Notes under the pieces: generated by a model
What the model was told of the DNA's origin: nothing
Databases searched by the model: none
Seen by the model: only the letters and a program-made list of their open reading frames with translations
NCBI GenBank assembly: GCA_016618085.1
Contig: JABLTG010000019.1
Span: 62,001 to 126,000 of the forward strand
Source of the DNA: Neovahlkampfia damariscottae
Taxonomy: Eukaryota
DNA length: 64,000 nt
Direction: 5' to 3'
Translations under genes and position numbers: made by a program
Shown: in pieces, positions 62,157-64,000 of the stretch
Numbering within the stretch: position 1 is the first letter of the stretch
Layout: each line of letters starts with the position of its first letter

Positions 62157-63906
62157 CTACAATCTATTTGATTTTTTACTCTTTCTTTTTTTTGGTTTTT
62201 CTTCATTTTCAACTTTTTCTTTTTCATTTTCAACAATTGGTTCTAATTCTGTTTCATCAGGTGATTCATCAACTTCTTGTGTTATTTCTTCTTTAACAGT
62301 TTCATCTATATTTCTTGGAGTTTTATTGAGTGACTGCAAAATATTTTTAACTTTTTTGTCAACAACAATCTAAAGAGTTAACAAGTATTCAAAAAAAAAA
62401 AGACAAACTTTGTTTTTTAATCTATCAGCAAATAATTTTTGTCTTGCTTGTTTTAATTTTTCAGATGGAGCATAATACTTCATCATTCCATCCCATTCAA
62501 CTATTTTAAATTAAAAAAAAAAAAAAAAGAAAAACTAACCAGATTTTAAACCTGTTTTTTTACAAATCATTTCTTTGATTCTTGTTGAGAATTGAATTGG
62601 ATTTTCATCGTCTCTCATTTGTTGTGGTGGTAAAAAGTAAACATCACAAACCAAACACCACTTTTTAAAAAATAATCAATGATTGTAAAAAATACTTACA
62701 GATTTCATCAAACGAAAAATGTGACCTGCAAATGATTCATTCTTTGATGACCAATATGGATCTGAAAAGGTTTTACTGAATGAAAAAAAAAAATGAACAT
62801 GTAGTTTTCTTCTTACTTGTATTTGATAGCAATAGGACATATTTCAGCACCTAATGAAAAAGCACCTTGTTTGAACATAACTACGTATTCATTATTAACA
62901 CAAACACCTTCTGGAAAGATTAAAAGTGGTGGATTTGATAAATCTTGTATATGATCAGTCATTCTCTTTGAAACTAATTTCCTATCTTTACTTTCAAATC
63001 TTTCAAACCAAATGTTCTTAAAAAATTGTTAAATGTGATCCTTGGAATTACTTTCAAAGGAGAAATTAAATGATTTTGAAGAAAAGCAACAAAACCTGTA
63101 TGTTTTTGACCAACTGTTGCAAAAATTCTATATTGAGCAAGTATAACAAAATCTAAAAGAGTTGCGTGGTTAGCCACATAAATTTGATTTTTCTTTCTTT
63201 TTGGTGGCGTACCATGATATTTAATGACACAATGTAAAGCAACAAACCAAACTAATGAAGCATCTAAAAAAAAAAGAATAGATTAAAACTATAATATATC
63301 TCAAACATAATTTAATTGCATTTCTAATGATTGTTGTTTTTCTTTCACTTTCAGGTAAAAAGTAAATTGGTGGATAGACAATAGCAAAAATTAAAGAACC
63401 AACAATAAACCATAACATTCTTTTTTTTTTTTTTTTTTAGATTTGATGTTTTTCGAACCTTATTGGAAGTAAAATAAAATAACGAACTAAAACACCAAGA
63501 CACCATAAAATGAATAAAAGAAAATTGAAATTCCAAGTTTCTGGTGGTGTTTGTTCAAAGCAAGCAGTAAATGAATCTGATGTTATTGCTTCCATACCTT
63601 AATTCAAGTTTTAATTTTTTTTTTGTTAGTTACCTTCTTTTGTTGTAAGAATCGGATCAGCTAAAGTAAATGGAAGTGATTCTTTAACTTCACCTCCTTT
63701 TTTATAAGCTTCAATAACTTTTTCTTCAATTTCTTTTCTAAGTTGTTCTTCAAAAGTTTCAGATTCATCCGAAGTCGTAAAAATATTAAAAAATGGATCT
63801 ATAACTGGGGTTGAACTTCTAGAAATGAAAAGTTGAATTCAAATTTATGATTTTACAAATTGGCTTCTAATAATTTATTCTTTTCTTTTTTTTCGTCTTG
63901 AGTCAT
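62157..63906 (-). CDS. Glycerol-3-phosphate acyltransferase (GPAT3/4/GPAT9 type), 9 introns
   Basis: VANHATLLDF, PLLIFPEGVCVNN..FKQGAF..PIAIKY, WCLVCDVYFLPPQ, WDGMMKY. Confidence 0.93.
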
Positions 63907-64000
63907 CTTTGACCAAAAAAACAACGACAAAATTGACCAATGGGAATAAAATACTTTTTATTTTCATTTTAAAATTTTTAAAAATAATTCAGCTAAAGAA

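Overview
Very AT-rich, extremely compact eukaryotic (protist) chromosome segment using the standard code, with about 41 protein genes. Most are split by tiny (~25-45 nt) GT-AG spliceosomal introns, so the ORF track shows only fragments and gene models were rebuilt by hand. Recognisable genes include MTHFR (3' part), POLD3, Ras, RMD1/DUF155, TSR2, F-box/kelch, polyprenyl-PP synthase, NDK, arrestin, NDUFS5, UPRT, Rho, ankyrin-DHHC, a PEX14/PEX39-like protein, INTS4, mL46, GCLM, NDUFB3, a ~5,560-aa EGF/IPT multi-pass surface protein, GPI8, CMC4, EF-1alpha, SNF8 and GPAT. There is also a degenerate 5S rRNA-like gene and an RBMX2/IST3 pseudogene. Overall style suggests a heterolobosean amoeba (inference only). 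The most striking signal is the splicing architecture. The only long (113-nt) intron, in Rho, breaks down exactly into three normal-sized units (an AG|GT zero-length exon plus an intron nested in an intron). INTS4 needs a 1-nt exon to stay in frame, and 4-, 5-, 7-, 12- and 13-nt microexons recur. This points to a spliceosome limited to ~40-nt units that removes longer or adjacent introns stepwise. Other window-wide patterns: CCAAT boxes just upstream of start codons, AATAAA overlapping stop codons, and convergent genes whose stop codons are a few nt apart or overlap.
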